From contig CBDBEV010000001.1 in assembly GCA_965204535.1 (NCBI GenBank), positions 2,592,001 to 2,656,000 of the forward strand: a DNA stretch of 64,000 nucleotides, in the 5' to 3' direction. Source of the DNA: a bacterium. Its GTDB lineage: Bacteria; UBA8248. Shown piece after piece: positions 48,112-58,163 of this stretch (its first letter is position 1; the number at the start of each line of letters is the position of its first letter). A program made the position numbers and the translations under genes. The notes beneath the pieces were generated by a model. It saw only the letters and a list, made by a program, of their open reading frames with translations, was not told the DNA's origin and made no database searches.

Positions 48112-48489
48112 ATGAACATCGCATACGTTTTCGCCACCGACATGTCGGCGACCTACAAGCTGGGCACCATGATCCTGCCGCAACTCGAATCCGGCAACCA
48201 CGGGGTGAACGTCGTCGGCATGTTCTTCTTCGACGACAACCTGTTCTGCCTGCGCGAGGGCGACGAGGTGGGCGAGCGACTGGCCAAAGTCGCCGCGGAG
48301 CAGAACATCCTCCTCATGGTCTGCGATCAGTGCGCCGTGCGGCGCAACCTCGCCGAGGGCACGTTCGAACAGTGCGGCTCCGGCGACGTAAAGGCGAAGG
48401 GCCTGGTGGCCGGCGTGGGCGCCGGCTGCTTCCCGCAGCTCTACGCCGCGCTCGCCCCCGCCGCGCCGGATCTGGTGATTACGCTGTAA
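48112..48489 (+). CDS. DsrE-related protein (SaoD-like)
   Basis: MILPQLE.G.HG..VVGMFFF.DN, GERLAK, CDQCA, GCFPQLY, PDLVITL; GAGGAGG RBS. Confidence 0.8.
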   Translation: MNIAYVFATDMSATYKLGTMILPQLESGNHGVNVVGMFFFDDNLFCLREGDEVGERLAKVAAEQNILLMVCDQCAVRRNLAEGTFEQCGSGDVKAKGLVAGVGAGCFPQLYAALAPAAPDLVITL

Positions 48490-48521
48490 GGGTTTGGCGG
48501 TCGGTATTTTTTTGTGATTCG

Positions 48522-48602
48522 GCAGGGACAGGTCGCGACCTGTCCCTGCTTTTTCTCGTGTGGCCTGTTCCCCCGGGAGGGGCGGTTCGTGAACCGTCCG
48601 TA
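48522..48602. repeat. REP-like palindromes between convergent genes
   Basis: Perfect 28-bp palindrome GCAGGGACAGGTCGCGACCTGTCCCTGC (48522-48549), then GGGGCGGTTCGTGAACCGTCC; related copies near 30094 and 63366. Confidence 0.75.
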
Positions 48603-48607
48603 ATGAC

Positions 48608-49429
48608 TCAGCAGGATTCGAGCACGCAGTAGGAGTGCAGCCCCGTCCACTCGGCGAGAGCCGGGGCGGATTCGGGCGCGCAGCGCATGCAGACGTCCAG
48701 CATGGCGCCTGAACGGATGATACGGAACCTGTTCCCCTTCTCGAAGGCGGAGAGGTCGTCGAAGCCCGTCACCCATTTCGCCCCGAAATTCGTTTCGAAA
48801 TAGTCCGAGGTCGCCGTCATCGTATCGTTCCCGGACGTGCGGTTGATGATTTTTTCGGAGAAATAATCGAAGGCGACGATGAAGCGGGGAACCTGCGCGC
48901 GCAGCCTCGCCAGAAAATCATGGATCAGATCAACCGGCAGATACATGGTGTTCCCCTCCCAGATGAACAGGGTGGGGGCCTCCAGGTCGAAGCCGGCCTC
49001 GACGAGTTCTTCCGGAAGGTCGAGTTCGAGGTAATTGCCGGCAATCGCGTGGCAGGGCGCGACGCCGCGGGCTTCCAGAGCCTTGTGCTTGAATTCGAGC
49101 ACCCCCGGCTGATCGACGTCGCAGAAGCTGACGCCATGGGTGCGAAACATGTGGGCGCGCATGTCGAAGCCCGCGCCCAGCGTGACGACTTGCTTCACGC
49201 CGTCAGCTATCGCGCTTTCTAAGGTTTCGTTCATGATGCGCACCCGGTAGCGCGCCGTCTCCCGCACCGCCGGAAAAGTATGGATGAGCTCGCGGTACTT
49301 CGCCGTCGCCTCCTCGTCGACGAACCATGCAGCAAAAGGGTCCTCGAACAGGGGGCGCGCCTCGTCTTTTTCCATCTGCCGAACGCATGAAGGGAAAAAC
49401 GCCGTGGAGCCGACCTCGTTGATTTCCAC
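48608..49429 (-). CDS. LCM/TcmP-family SAM-dependent methyltransferase, copy 3
   Basis: LFEDPFA, QVVTLGAGFDMRA, DVDQP, IWEGNTMYL; GTG start 49429. Confidence 0.9.
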   Translation of the reverse strand: MEINEVGSTAFFPSCVRQMEKDEARPLFEDPFAAWFVDEEATAKYRELIHTFPAVRETARYRVRIMNETLESAIADGVKQVVTLGAGFDMRAHMFRTHGVSFCDVDQPGVLEFKHKALEARGVAPCHAIAGNYLELDLPEELVEAGFDLEAPTLFIWEGNTMYLPVDLIHDFLARLRAQVPRFIVAFDYFSEKIINRTSGNDTMTATSDYFETNFGAKWVTGFDDLSAFEKGNRFRIIRSGAMLDVCMRCAPESAPALAEWTGLHSYCVLESC

Positions 49430-49434
49430 GAAAT

Positions 49435-50277
49435 TCAGGACGCCTTGAGCACGCAGTAGGAATACAATTTCAGCAGGTCGGCCGCCTGGCCCATATACTC
49501 TTTGACGGCCGCCACGGACTGCGGCGCGCGGCGCTCGCCGAACTCCATGAGGCTTTCGGATTCGATGGCTTCGAGACGGTGTTTTTCCTGGAACACGGAA
49601 AGATCGTCGAAACCCGTCACCCATTTCACCCCGAAGCTGCTTTCGAACATATCCGTGATTTCGGTGATTCTCTCATCGCCGGACGTGCGGTTGATGATCT
49701 TTTCGGAGTAATAATCGAAGGCGATGGCCAGGCGCGGAATGCGCGCGCGCAATCGACCCAGGAAATCATGAATCAGGTCGAGCGGCAGGTACATGGTGTT
49801 GCCTTCCCATATGAACAGGATGGGCGCTTCGAGGTCGAAACCGGCTTGGCCGAGTTCCCGGGGCAGGTCGACTTCCAGGTAGTTGCACTTGATTCCGGGG
49901 CAGGGCGTGACGCCGTGGGTTTCGAGCACCTTGTTCTTGAATTCGATCACCGCCGGTTGATCGACGTCGCAGAACCTCACGCCTTCGGTCTGATAGATAT
50001 GGGCGCGCATGTCGAAGCCAGCACCCAAAGAGACGATCTGCTTCACGCCGTCCTCGATGCCGCGCTCGACGACCTCGCTCATGACGCGAACCCGGAAACG
50101 AACCAGTTCCACCGAGGGCGGAAAAACGCGTATCAGTTCCTGGACCTTCTCCTCTATCGCCTCGTTGACGAACCACGCCGCGTAGGGGTCGTCGAACAGC
50201 TTGTGCTCCTGGTCTTTTTCCATCGCCCGCATGCAGGAAATGACGAACGCGGTTGCGCCGATTTCGTTGATGTCCAT
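49435..50277 (-). CDS. LCM/TcmP-family SAM-dependent methyltransferase, copy 2
   Basis: RAME, LFDDPYA, QIVSLGAGFDMRA, DVDQP, IWEGNTMYL. Confidence 0.92.
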   Translation of the reverse strand: MDINEIGATAFVISCMRAMEKDQEHKLFDDPYAAWFVNEAIEEKVQELIRVFPPSVELVRFRVRVMSEVVERGIEDGVKQIVSLGAGFDMRAHIYQTEGVRFCDVDQPAVIEFKNKVLETHGVTPCPGIKCNYLEVDLPRELGQAGFDLEAPILFIWEGNTMYLPLDLIHDFLGRLRARIPRLAIAFDYYSEKIINRTSGDERITEITDMFESSFGVKWVTGFDDLSVFQEKHRLEAIESESLMEFGERRAPQSVAAVKEYMGQAADLLKLYSYCVLKAS

Positions 50278-50282
50278 GGAAC

Positions 50283-51128
50283 TCAGGCCGCCTTGAGCAC
50301 GCAGTAAGAATAGAGTTTCAACAGGTCGGCCGTGACGTCCATAAACTCCTCAATGGCCGCTGCGGATTCCGGTGCGCGGCGCTCGCCGACTTCCAGGAGG
50401 CTTTCGGATTTCACTACTTCGAGGCCGTGTTTTTCCGTCAGAACAGAGAGGTCGTCGAAGCCCGTCACCCATTTCACCCCGAAGTTGCTTTCGAAAAGGT
50501 CCGTGAATTCGCTGATTCTCTCATCGCCGGAGGTGCGGTTGATCACCTTTTCGGAGAGATAATCGAAAGCGATGGTCATGTTGGGAACCTGCGTGCGCAT
50601 TTTATCGAGGAAGTCATGGATAAGTGTGAGCGGCAGGTACATGGTGTTGCCTTCCCATATGAACAGGATGGGCGCTTCGAGGTCGAAACCCGCCAGGCTG
50701 AGTTCCTGGGGCAGGTCGACTTCCAGGTAATTGCACTCGATCCCGGCGCAGGGCGTGACGCCGCCTGCTTCGAGGACCTTGCTCTTGAACTGCAGGACCG
50801 CAGGCTGGTCGACGTCACAGAACCTGACGCCCTCGGTCTGATAGATATGGGCGCGCATGTCGAAGCCCGCGCCGAGCGAGACGATCTGCTTCACGCCGTC
50901 CTCGATGGCGCGCTCGACGACCTCGCTCATGACGCAAACCCGAAAACGCACCAGCTCCCTCGCGGGCGGAAAAACTTCTATCTGCTCTTGCACCTTTCCC
51001 TCGATTTCCTCGTTCACGAACCACGCCGCGTAGGGATCGTCGAACAGCTTGTGTTCTTGCTCCTTCTCCATGGCGCGGATGGAGGATACGAAAAATGCGG
51101 TTGCGCCGACTTCGTTGATGATGTCCAC
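50283..51128 (-). CDS. LCM/TcmP-family SAM-dependent methyltransferase, copy 1
   Basis: Same motifs; GAGGAG RBS before GTG 51128. Confidence 0.92.
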   Translation of the reverse strand: MDIINEVGATAFFVSSIRAMEKEQEHKLFDDPYAAWFVNEEIEGKVQEQIEVFPPARELVRFRVCVMSEVVERAIEDGVKQIVSLGAGFDMRAHIYQTEGVRFCDVDQPAVLQFKSKVLEAGGVTPCAGIECNYLEVDLPQELSLAGFDLEAPILFIWEGNTMYLPLTLIHDFLDKMRTQVPNMTIAFDYLSEKVINRTSGDERISEFTDLFESNFGVKWVTGFDDLSVLTEKHGLEVVKSESLLEVGERRAPESAAAIEEFMDVTADLLKLYSYCVLKAA

Positions 51129-51316
51129 CGCCGTGGCTCCTCTGGGTTGGGTATGACGCTCCATTCCCCGGGGTGAAGGGTAGGTGCGCCTCGTGTCGTC
51201 CTCGTATGCCCTCGTTTGACCAGACGGGATGATAGCCGAGAGCGGCGGGAGCGGGCAATGAAAAAATAGCGATCACATGCTCCCGCAGCACCCCGGAAAA
51301 TGACCGAGGGTCCTCC

Positions 51317-51742
51317 TCAGTCCACGACCGCTATCGCGTTGACCTCCACCAGGCATCTGGGGTCGGTGGCGAGGCGTACGACCTGAAGCGTGGTGGAGGC
51401 GGTCCGGTGGTCGCCGAAATACTCTTTCCGGATGGCCCCCGCCTCTTCTGCGCCCTCCATCGTCGTCGAGAAGAACTGGAAGAAGACGATGTCGCTGAAC
51501 GCCCCGCCCACGGCTTCCAGGCTTTTCTTCAAGTTCTCAAGGGCCATGCGCGTCTGGGTGGGCAGATCGTCTGGCAGCGTGTCGAACTCCTCGGGCCGGT
51601 GGGGGTGGTGGTGATAGGGCGGCGCGGCCGTAACGCCCGCGAAATAAACGGTCGTCCCCTCGCTCGCCTTGATGGCCATCGAGTAGGGCGTCCAGACGTC
51701 GAGCCTGTCGGGCCAGTCCACACACTCAATCTGCTTCGGCAT
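51317..51742 (-). CDS. RidA/YjgF family protein (no catalytic Arg; HHHPH insertion)
   Basis: PYS.A, VYFAG, QTRMALENL...L, TAST...V.RL, LVEVNAIA. Confidence 0.85.
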   Translation of the reverse strand: MPKQIECVDWPDRLDVWTPYSMAIKASEGTTVYFAGVTAAPPYHHHPHRPEEFDTLPDDLPTQTRMALENLKKSLEAVGGAFSDIVFFQFFSTTMEGAEEAGAIRKEYFGDHRTASTTLQVVRLATDPRCLVEVNAIAVVD

Positions 51743-51835
51743 TCTCGGTCTCCTTCAGAAAGAAAAAGTCGAAAAAATGGGTAATGCGCTGCAACCAGGG
51801 CCGGGGGAGGCGATCCTTCCCGGCGCCCCGCCCGG

Positions 51836-53029
51836 CTACTCGGCCGGCAGGCCGGTGATCCGCGAGCTGATTTTGATCCGGTAGATGTGGTTGTTGCCTG
51901 CGCCGTGGAGAAAGGAGATCACGTCGCGCAGGTATTTCTCGACCGGGCACTCGCGCATGTAGCCCAGCCCGCCGTGCACCTCGAGCGCCAGGCGGCAGAC
52001 CTCATATGCTGCCTCCGAGCAGACCACCTTGGTGAGCCACGACATTTTGGGGTCATACTCCTCGGCGTGATCCACCGCCCAGGAGGTCCGCCACAAGACG
52101 GAGCGTGCCGTCTCCAGCCTCGTGTACATCTCCCCGATCATCTGGGCGACGGACTGATGAGCGCCGATGGGTTTTCCGCCCTGCACCCTCTCCTGTGAAT
52201 AGCGCACGGCTTCCTCGAAGGCGGCCCGGCCCGCGCCCAGCACGGTCGCCCCGTAGCCGCCCCGTCCGCGCGCGATGCGGCTCGTGCGCAGTGCCTCGGC
52301 CTGCCCCTCTTGCTCCCCCAGCCGGTTGATTGCGGGGACTTCCGCGTTCTCGAAGACGAGCGTGGCGTTGCTGAGAAGCCTTCTGCCCATCTTGTCGTGG
52401 ACCCGGCCGACGCTCAGTCCCGGCGTGTCCGCGGGGACGAGAAACGGCGTCATGCCCTTCAAGCCCCCTTGTGTCCTGTCGGTGCGCGTGTAGACGATGT
52501 AGAGCCTGGCCGTCCCGCCGTTGCTGATGAAGCTCTTGACGCCGCTGAGGCGGTAGACGTCCCCTTTTCGCTCGGCGCGCATCTGAACGCCCGCGCCGGG
52601 TGCGTCGTAGGGCAGGACGTGATCGGTGCCGGCATCGGGTTCCGTCATGCACGTCGCCAGATGATAGCGGTGATCCGAGACGAACGCCGGGAGGAAGCGC
52701 TCTTTTTGCTCGTCGTTCGTCCAGTGTTCAAGGATGGGGGTGAACTTCCAGGTCTGATCGAAGGTGGCGGCCACGCCGAGGTCGCCGGCCCCGAGTTCCT
52801 CGCCCACGATGGAGAGGGTGAGCATGTCGGCCCCGCCGCCGTGCTCATCAGACAGCGCCAGCGTGCGGAGGCCGAGCCTGGACCCCTCCTCGACGACGTC
52901 GTAGGGGATGCAGTCGAGCGGGTCGGGGTTCCTGTCGTACTCCGCGGCGATGGGGCGCACGTGGCGTTCGACGTAATCACGCGCGAGTTTCTGGAGCACC
53001 TTTTGTTCGTCGGTCAGGGAAAAGTCCAT
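51836..53029 (-). CDS. Acyl-CoA dehydrogenase-family flavoprotein (non-canonical)
   Basis: MDFSLTDEQ, CMTEPDAGTD, KSFISNG, DKMGRR, ERVQGGKPI, HGGLGYMRE.PVEKYLRD. Confidence 0.9.
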   Translation of the reverse strand: MDFSLTDEQKVLQKLARDYVERHVRPIAAEYDRNPDPLDCIPYDVVEEGSRLGLRTLALSDEHGGGADMLTLSIVGEELGAGDLGVAATFDQTWKFTPILEHWTNDEQKERFLPAFVSDHRYHLATCMTEPDAGTDHVLPYDAPGAGVQMRAERKGDVYRLSGVKSFISNGGTARLYIVYTRTDRTQGGLKGMTPFLVPADTPGLSVGRVHDKMGRRLLSNATLVFENAEVPAINRLGEQEGQAEALRTSRIARGRGGYGATVLGAGRAAFEEAVRYSQERVQGGKPIGAHQSVAQMIGEMYTRLETARSVLWRTSWAVDHAEEYDPKMSWLTKVVCSEAAYEVCRLALEVHGGLGYMRECPVEKYLRDVISFLHGAGNNHIYRIKISSRITGLPAE

Positions 53030-53038
53030 CGGGATTCC

Positions 53039-53812
53039 TCAACTATTTCCGGCAATGAGACCCTCGCGTACCTTGGGCATGGTGACCGCGAGGTCCAGAA
53101 TCGGCAGCCCGTGGGAGGGCGCGACCACGGCGACGCCCAGCTCTTCGAGCAGCTCTTCCAGGCGGTCCGAATAGATGTTCATGTCGGCGAAGCGCGTCCA
53201 GAACAGCGCCCGCTCCGCGAACACGCCCAGTACGTCCGCCAGATCGAGCGAGGTGGCTTCTTCCGCGACTTGCCCGCAGTGGCCGTCCCAGTGGTAGTGG
53301 CTGTAGGCGAAGCCGTCCCCCGGGAAGAGGGCGCGCGCGCCGGTGTCGAACCCCCAGAGCGAGGTTCTGAGATCGCGGATGACTGGCTCGACGGCGATGA
53401 ACCGCCTGTCGCCCAGGTCGATCTCGTCGCCGACCTCCATGTGCTTCATCCTGTGCGCATGCTCGGGGTAGGAGAGGTGGTAGTCGCTCACGTCGCAATG
53501 GACCGTCATCTCGGGGTATGCTTCGAGCAGCCTTCCGAGTCTGCCCGCGTGGGGCGTTTCCTGGTGCGAGAGAAAGAGGTATTTCAGTTCGGAGCCGCGC
53601 TCGGCCAGAATTTCGCGAACCTGGCGGGATACGACCGGGTAATCCCCCTGGTGGCCCGTTTCGACCAGCATCGAGCCTTCTTTGCCGATGAGGAGAAAGG
53701 CCGCGTTGTAGCTGTGATAGATCTTTCCCTTGTGGTGCTGTTCGTGGCAGATGCCGAGCCAGAAGATGCCGGGAGCGATTTCGCGCGGGAGGGGATTGTC
53801 CTTCGCGTCCAT
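53039..53812 (-). CDS. FprA/ODP-like metallo-beta-lactamase-fold protein (putative metal-binding subunit)
   Basis: EIAPGIFWLG, LVETG, LSHQETPHAG, LFPGDGF, APSHG; no flavodoxin domain; start at ATG 53812. Confidence 0.8.
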   Translation of the reverse strand: MDAKDNPLPREIAPGIFWLGICHEQHHKGKIYHSYNAAFLLIGKEGSMLVETGHQGDYPVVSRQVREILAERGSELKYLFLSHQETPHAGRLGRLLEAYPEMTVHCDVSDYHLSYPEHAHRMKHMEVGDEIDLGDRRFIAVEPVIRDLRTSLWGFDTGARALFPGDGFAYSHYHWDGHCGQVAEEATSLDLADVLGVFAERALFWTRFADMNIYSDRLEELLEELGVAVVAPSHGLPILDLAVTMPKVREGLIAGNS

Positions 53813-53814
53813 GA

Positions 53815-54705
53815 TTACCTTTCCATGTTGCGGGGGACGTAGCGCGGCGAGACGACGGAGCGGTCCAGATCGCGCAGAACCTCGTCGAGCACCGTGAACT
53901 GGCGTTCGACTTGTTCGCGCCCGAGGAGGATGGCTCCGTAACCGGGGGCGATGTTCTCGATGTCGTAGCTCTCGAAGACGTCGGCGATGCCCTTTCTCAT
54001 CGGTCCGGTTTCCACACCCTCGAGCCACCAGTAGCGCGTGTTCAGCAAAAACGAGCGCACGAATGCGGAGGTCGCCACCCCCTCGTCCTCCACCGCCCAG
54101 GGGCCTTCGGGGTCGTCCCCCCACACGTGGCTGAACATGTCCGATGAGAAGAGGGTGCGGGTGGCTTCGTCGTAGATCCACATGGTGGTGATGAGGCGGA
54201 TGGGCGCGTTGATGCCGTGGATGACGCGATTCTTGTTCCCGCCGACGCGGCATTCGAGCTCGTTTCCAAGGACGGTCGTGGGGAATATCTGATCCTCCTC
54301 GCTCTTGGGGCCGAACTCCTTCACGTCGAAATCGAGCCAGAAATCCATGTCGGGCCGCCGAGCGAAGCACTCCACGACGTTGAACTCCCTGGCGAGGGCC
54401 GCCGCGTTTCCGACGGACATGAACTCGTTCAGCCTGAGCGGGTAGATCGAAAGCGGGGTTTCGGGTGTGATGATCGAGCCTATCTGCTCGAAGAGGGAAT
54501 CCCTGTGCCCGCCATAGCCCGTGTCGAGGAGAATCGCGCCGTCTTCCTCGCAAAGCAGATAGCAGTTGGACGGAGCGAACCCCCTGGCGCTCAGAGGATA
54601 GGCGCTTATCCGCCCGTCGAGCTCGAATACGTTGTGCAGGGCGTAGGCCTTGCCGCCTCCCAAATCCGTGATGCAGCTATGGGACAACACACTGCTGTTG
54701 GTCAT
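53815..54705 (-). CDS. Divergent FprA/ODP-like MBL-fold paralogue lacking the His ligands
   Basis: NCYLL, LLDTG, RLNEFMS in place of HxExDH, TLFSSDMF, IAPGYG in place of APxHG. Confidence 0.7.
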   Translation of the reverse strand: MTNSSVLSHSCITDLGGGKAYALHNVFELDGRISAYPLSARGFAPSNCYLLCEEDGAILLDTGYGGHRDSLFEQIGSIITPETPLSIYPLRLNEFMSVGNAAALAREFNVVECFARRPDMDFWLDFDVKEFGPKSEEDQIFPTTVLGNELECRVGGNKNRVIHGINAPIRLITTMWIYDEATRTLFSSDMFSHVWGDDPEGPWAVEDEGVATSAFVRSFLLNTRYWWLEGVETGPMRKGIADVFESYDIENIAPGYGAILLGREQVERQFTVLDEVLRDLDRSVVSPRYVPRNMER

Positions 54706-55012
54706 GAATGCATTTCTCCGTGTTGCCCTTTGGAAAATAGCCGCGATTCTCTCCCGATCTTCGGGTTCCCTCGCACATTGGGATTTTCAAGATGTTGACA
54801 TTAGACAGGAATTGAGGCGTTTTTGCACCTTCCTCAAGGCAATTGCAGGGCGAACGTCATGACCCCTCTACTGGACGCCATGCAAAGCGCCCCTCCGAAA
54901 ACGTCCATTTGTAAATTTCACCGAGAAATGGTATCGTAAATCATACCTATCACCCACAGCAGTGGGGGTCCTACCTACCCCATCATACCCACCCCTCAGA
55001 AGGAGGAAGACC

Positions 55013-56005
55013 ATGTCGATCTCCAAACGCATTCTTGTTCTCGTAGCTGTTCTTGTTTTGTGGGCCGCTCCGGCTCTCGCCGCCAAGAAGTTCCCCTCCA
55101 AGCCGATGGAACTGGTGTGCACCACATCGCCCGGTTCGAGCGTGGCGGTCTGGTGCCAGCTTCTCGCCCAGGAGTTTCCAAAAGTGCTCGGCGTTCCCAT
55201 GCGGGTGACCTTCAAGAGCGGAGGCTCGCAGCACGAGCCGGTTCTCTACGTCTCGGGCAAGCCCGCCGACGGGCACATCATCATGCACATCAGCGCGAGT
55301 TTCTACGGGTATTTCCACCTGCCGCACTACAGGAGGTCGTACGACGACTTCCAGACGCTGGCCCAGGTGGAGAAGCACGTTTACGGCGTCGCGGTGAAGT
55401 GCAACAACAAGTACGGCATCAAGACGTTCGAGGATCTCGTCGCCTACGCCAAGAAGAATCCCGGCAAACTGTCGATGGGCTCCAACAAGAGAGGCTCCAC
55501 CCACCACCGCCATCAACTCGCTTTCCTGAAGGCCGCGGGCATCGGGGACAAGGTCCGCACGATCTTCTACCGGGGCGACGGCAACGTGGTGAAGGACGTA
55601 CTCGGCGGCCACCTCCCCAGCGGGCAGGCCTCGCCACGCACGTGGAGGCCGCATATCGAGGCGGGAACCATCTGCCCGCTCGTCTCGCAGACCCACAAGC
55701 GCCTCTCGCACGACCCGATCTGGAAGAACGTCCGGAGCGCGGTGGAAGTCGGCCTCAAATACGACCTCCCGCTCCACTGGCAGGGCCTCATGGTCAAGCG
55801 GGGCACGCCTCCGGAAGTCATGAAAATACTGGAAGACGCCGTGTACAAGGTGACCAGCTCGCCTGACTACAAGGACTATCTCGCCAAGGGGACGCACATC
55901 GTCCTGGACGTCAAGACGGGCTCGGAGTGGCTCAACAAGGACATGGCGAAGAACCAGGCGGTCGTGAAACAATTCATGATCGACCACAAGATCATCAAGA
56001 AGTAG
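55013..56005 (+). CDS. tctC: Tripartite tricarboxylate transporter substrate-binding protein (TctC/Bug)
   Basis: Signal peptide, FPSKPM, KSGG, PADGH, YAKKNPG, YRGDG....DVLGGH, GTPPEV; AGGAGG RBS. Confidence 0.9.
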   Translation: MSISKRILVLVAVLVLWAAPALAAKKFPSKPMELVCTTSPGSSVAVWCQLLAQEFPKVLGVPMRVTFKSGGSQHEPVLYVSGKPADGHIIMHISASFYGYFHLPHYRRSYDDFQTLAQVEKHVYGVAVKCNNKYGIKTFEDLVAYAKKNPGKLSMGSNKRGSTHHRHQLAFLKAAGIGDKVRTIFYRGDGNVVKDVLGGHLPSGQASPRTWRPHIEAGTICPLVSQTHKRLSHDPIWKNVRSAVEVGLKYDLPLHWQGLMVKRGTPPEVMKILEDAVYKVTSSPDYKDYLAKGTHIVLDVKTGSEWLNKDMAKNQAVVKQFMIDHKIIKK

Positions 56006-56055
56006 AGGGTTTTCGAGCGGACGGCGGAAGGTTCCGCCGTCAATAAGGCGCGGAC

Positions 56056-56604
56056 ATGACGGAAGAAAAAGAAAACAGCGCGTCCTCTCCCTATGAGTTG
56101 AAGGTTCCGATGAGGGCGGCGGTGTTGACCACCACCGCCCTCATCCTGGGGGGACTCGCGTTTCTCTACTACGAAACCTTCAAGATGCAGCCTCCCTACG
56201 AGCCGGGGTATCCGGGCGACGCCTTTTTTCCCCGGCTGGCGCTCGGTTTCTCGATTATCTGGGCGGTGATCATCCTGGCGCGCGGGTTTTTCCTGCCCCA
56301 GGCGGCGCAGGCCGAGGGAGACGAGGAGCCATATCTACAGGGGCATTGGCTGGAGTTCGCCTCCATCGTCGCGTTCGTTTACCTCTACGCGCTTCTGCTC
56401 GAACCGATAGGGTTCGAGATCATGACCATCGTTCTCATGATGTGCCTGCTGGTCCCGCGCATGCGGGTGGAATCGGCGCCGCGCGGCGCGCTGCTGCTGG
56501 GGTTCGCGTTGTCTTTTGTGACGATGATCGTCCTGTATCTGGGGCTGGTGCCGATGCTCAATATCCCGTTGCCGCTCAAATTCCTGCCGATCTATATCCT
56601 CTAG
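56056..56604 (+). CDS. tctB: TTT small membrane subunit TctB
   Basis: 4-5 TM segments, PG..FFP, LLEPIGF, LNIPLP. Confidence 0.85.
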   Translation: MTEEKENSASSPYELKVPMRAAVLTTTALILGGLAFLYYETFKMQPPYEPGYPGDAFFPRLALGFSIIWAVIILARGFFLPQAAQAEGDEEPYLQGHWLEFASIVAFVYLYALLLEPIGFEIMTIVLMMCLLVPRMRVESAPRGALLLGFALSFVTMIVLYLGLVPMLNIPLPLKFLPIYIL

Positions 56605-56633
56605 GGCCGCAATCGATGGAAGGGAAGTGATAG

Positions 56634-58163
56634 ATGGAAGGAACTCTCGGGCACATATTCGCAGCGACCGGCCAACTCGCCTCGCCCGCGATCCTCGCGA
56701 TCATGCTGGGGGGCGTCGCGGTCGGCGTCCTCATGGGCGCCATGCCGGGTTTCGGCAGTTCTCAGGCGCTGGCCCTTCTCTTTCCGCTGACCTTCAAGAT
56801 GCCGGTGGAATACGCGACCATGTTCTTCCTCGCCGTCTATTCCGGGGTCGAATACGGGAGCTCCATACCGGCCATCCTGATCCGCACGCCGGGGACGGGG
56901 GCGTCCGCCGTCACCGTTCTCGACGGCTACACCATGACCCGCAACGGACTCGCGCGAAAGGCGCTGCGCATCTCCCTCTACTCGGGCGTCATCGGCGGCG
57001 TCACCAGTACGCTCATCTTCATCATCGCCGGCACTTCGCTCGGCAACATCGCCCTGATGTTCGGGCCGGGCGAGTTGTTCGCGGTCGGCGTGTTCGGCCT
57101 GTCGATCGTGGCGAGCTTCTTCGGAAAAGACGCCGCGCGCGGTTTCCTCGCCACGGGCATCGGATTGTTGTTGGCCACGGTCGGGAGTTCGGGTTTCGGC
57201 GGGCTGCGGTTCACCTTCGACCAGGGATATCTGATGGACGGCATTCCGCTCGTCGTCGTCATCATCGCCTTCCTGGCGGGGCCGGAGGCGTTCAATCTCC
57301 TGGTGGAGCACAGGCGCACCATCGAGAGCAAGGAAACCGCAGCGCAAGGCGCCGCCGATGAGCGCAACCGGATTCTGCCGTCGGAAGTCAAAAGGCTCAT
57401 CCCCACCTGGATTCGCGCGAGCCTCATCGGAACGGGGGTTGGCGCCGTGCCGGGAGCGGGCGGTTCCATCGCCGGGATGCTGGCCTACAGCGAGGAGAGG
57501 CGGTGGTCGAAGCGCTCGGAGGAGTTCGGCACCGGCATCATCGAGGGCGTCGCCGCGCCCGAGTGCTCGAACAACGCCCTGGTCGCAGGCACGCTCGTGC
57601 CCTCGCTCTCGCTCGGCATTCCGGGTTCGGGCGGCGCGGCCATTCTTTTAGGCGTGCTGATCAGCAAGGGTCTGGTTCCCGGCCCGCTGCTCTTCCGGGA
57701 CAACGGGACCTTCGTGATGACGGTGTTCATCGGCCTTTTCGTGATCAACCTCATGCTCCTGTGCACGGGACTCGTCGGTACCCGCGCCTTCAGCTTAGTC
57801 GCCAAGGTGCCCCGCCGCATCCTGGGGCCGTTCGTCCTGATTCTCATCGTCGTCGGCAGCTACGTGTATGCGAACTACACGGCCCACGTCGTCATGGTGC
57901 TCATCCTGGGGGCGCTCGCCTACTTCTTCGAGAAGGTTAACATTCCCGTCGTGCCCATCGTGCTCGCGTTCATCATGGGGCCGATTATCGAGATCAACCT
58001 GAGCCGCGCGCTCACGATCTCGGGCGGAGATATGTGGGCGCTCCTCTCCAGCCCCATCACGGCGACGATACTCGTGCTCTCGCTCATCACGGCGGTCTAC
58101 AGCATGGCCGCGATGTTACGGGCGGCGCGGCTCGGGCTGACAGGGGGAACTCCCGCCGAATAG
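56634..58163 (+). CDS. tctA: TTT large membrane subunit TctA
   Basis: GAMPG, YGSSIPAILIRTPG, LDGY, GVAAPECSNNA, LGIPGS, PGPLLF. Confidence 0.95.
   Translation: MEGTLGHIFAATGQLASPAILAIMLGGVAVGVLMGAMPGFGSSQALALLFPLTFKMPVEYATMFFLAVYSGVEYGSSIPAILIRTPGTGASAVTVLDGYTMTRNGLARKALRISLYSGVIGGVTSTLIFIIAGTSLGNIALMFGPGELFAVGVFGLSIVASFFGKDAARGFLATGIGLLLATVGSSGFGGLRFTFDQGYLMDGIPLVVVIIAFLAGPEAFNLLVEHRRTIESKETAAQGAADERNRILPSEVKRLIPTWIRASLIGTGVGAVPGAGGSIAGMLAYSEERRWSKRSEEFGTGIIEGVAAPECSNNALVAGTLVPSLSLGIPGSGGAAILLGVLISKGLVPGPLLFRDNGTFVMTVFIGLFVINLMLLCTGLVGTRAFSLVAKVPRRILGPFVLILIVVGSYVYANYTAHVVMVLILGALAYFFEKVNIPVVPIVLAFIMGPIIEINLSRALTISGGDMWALLSSPITATILVLSLITAVYSMAAMLRAARLGLTGGTPAE

Noticed and set aside
53813-54553. 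N-terminal extensions in the ORF track (53039-54553; also 5036, 11408, 19924, 30300, 31331, 39894, 49624)
   Set aside because: The extensions overlap upstream genes, RNA or repeats; later starts match RBS positions and/or family boundaries
54930-54948. GGTAT-N8-ATACC palindrome as a regulator site for tctCBA
   Set aside because: Short, single copy and no regulator gene nearby; too weak to call
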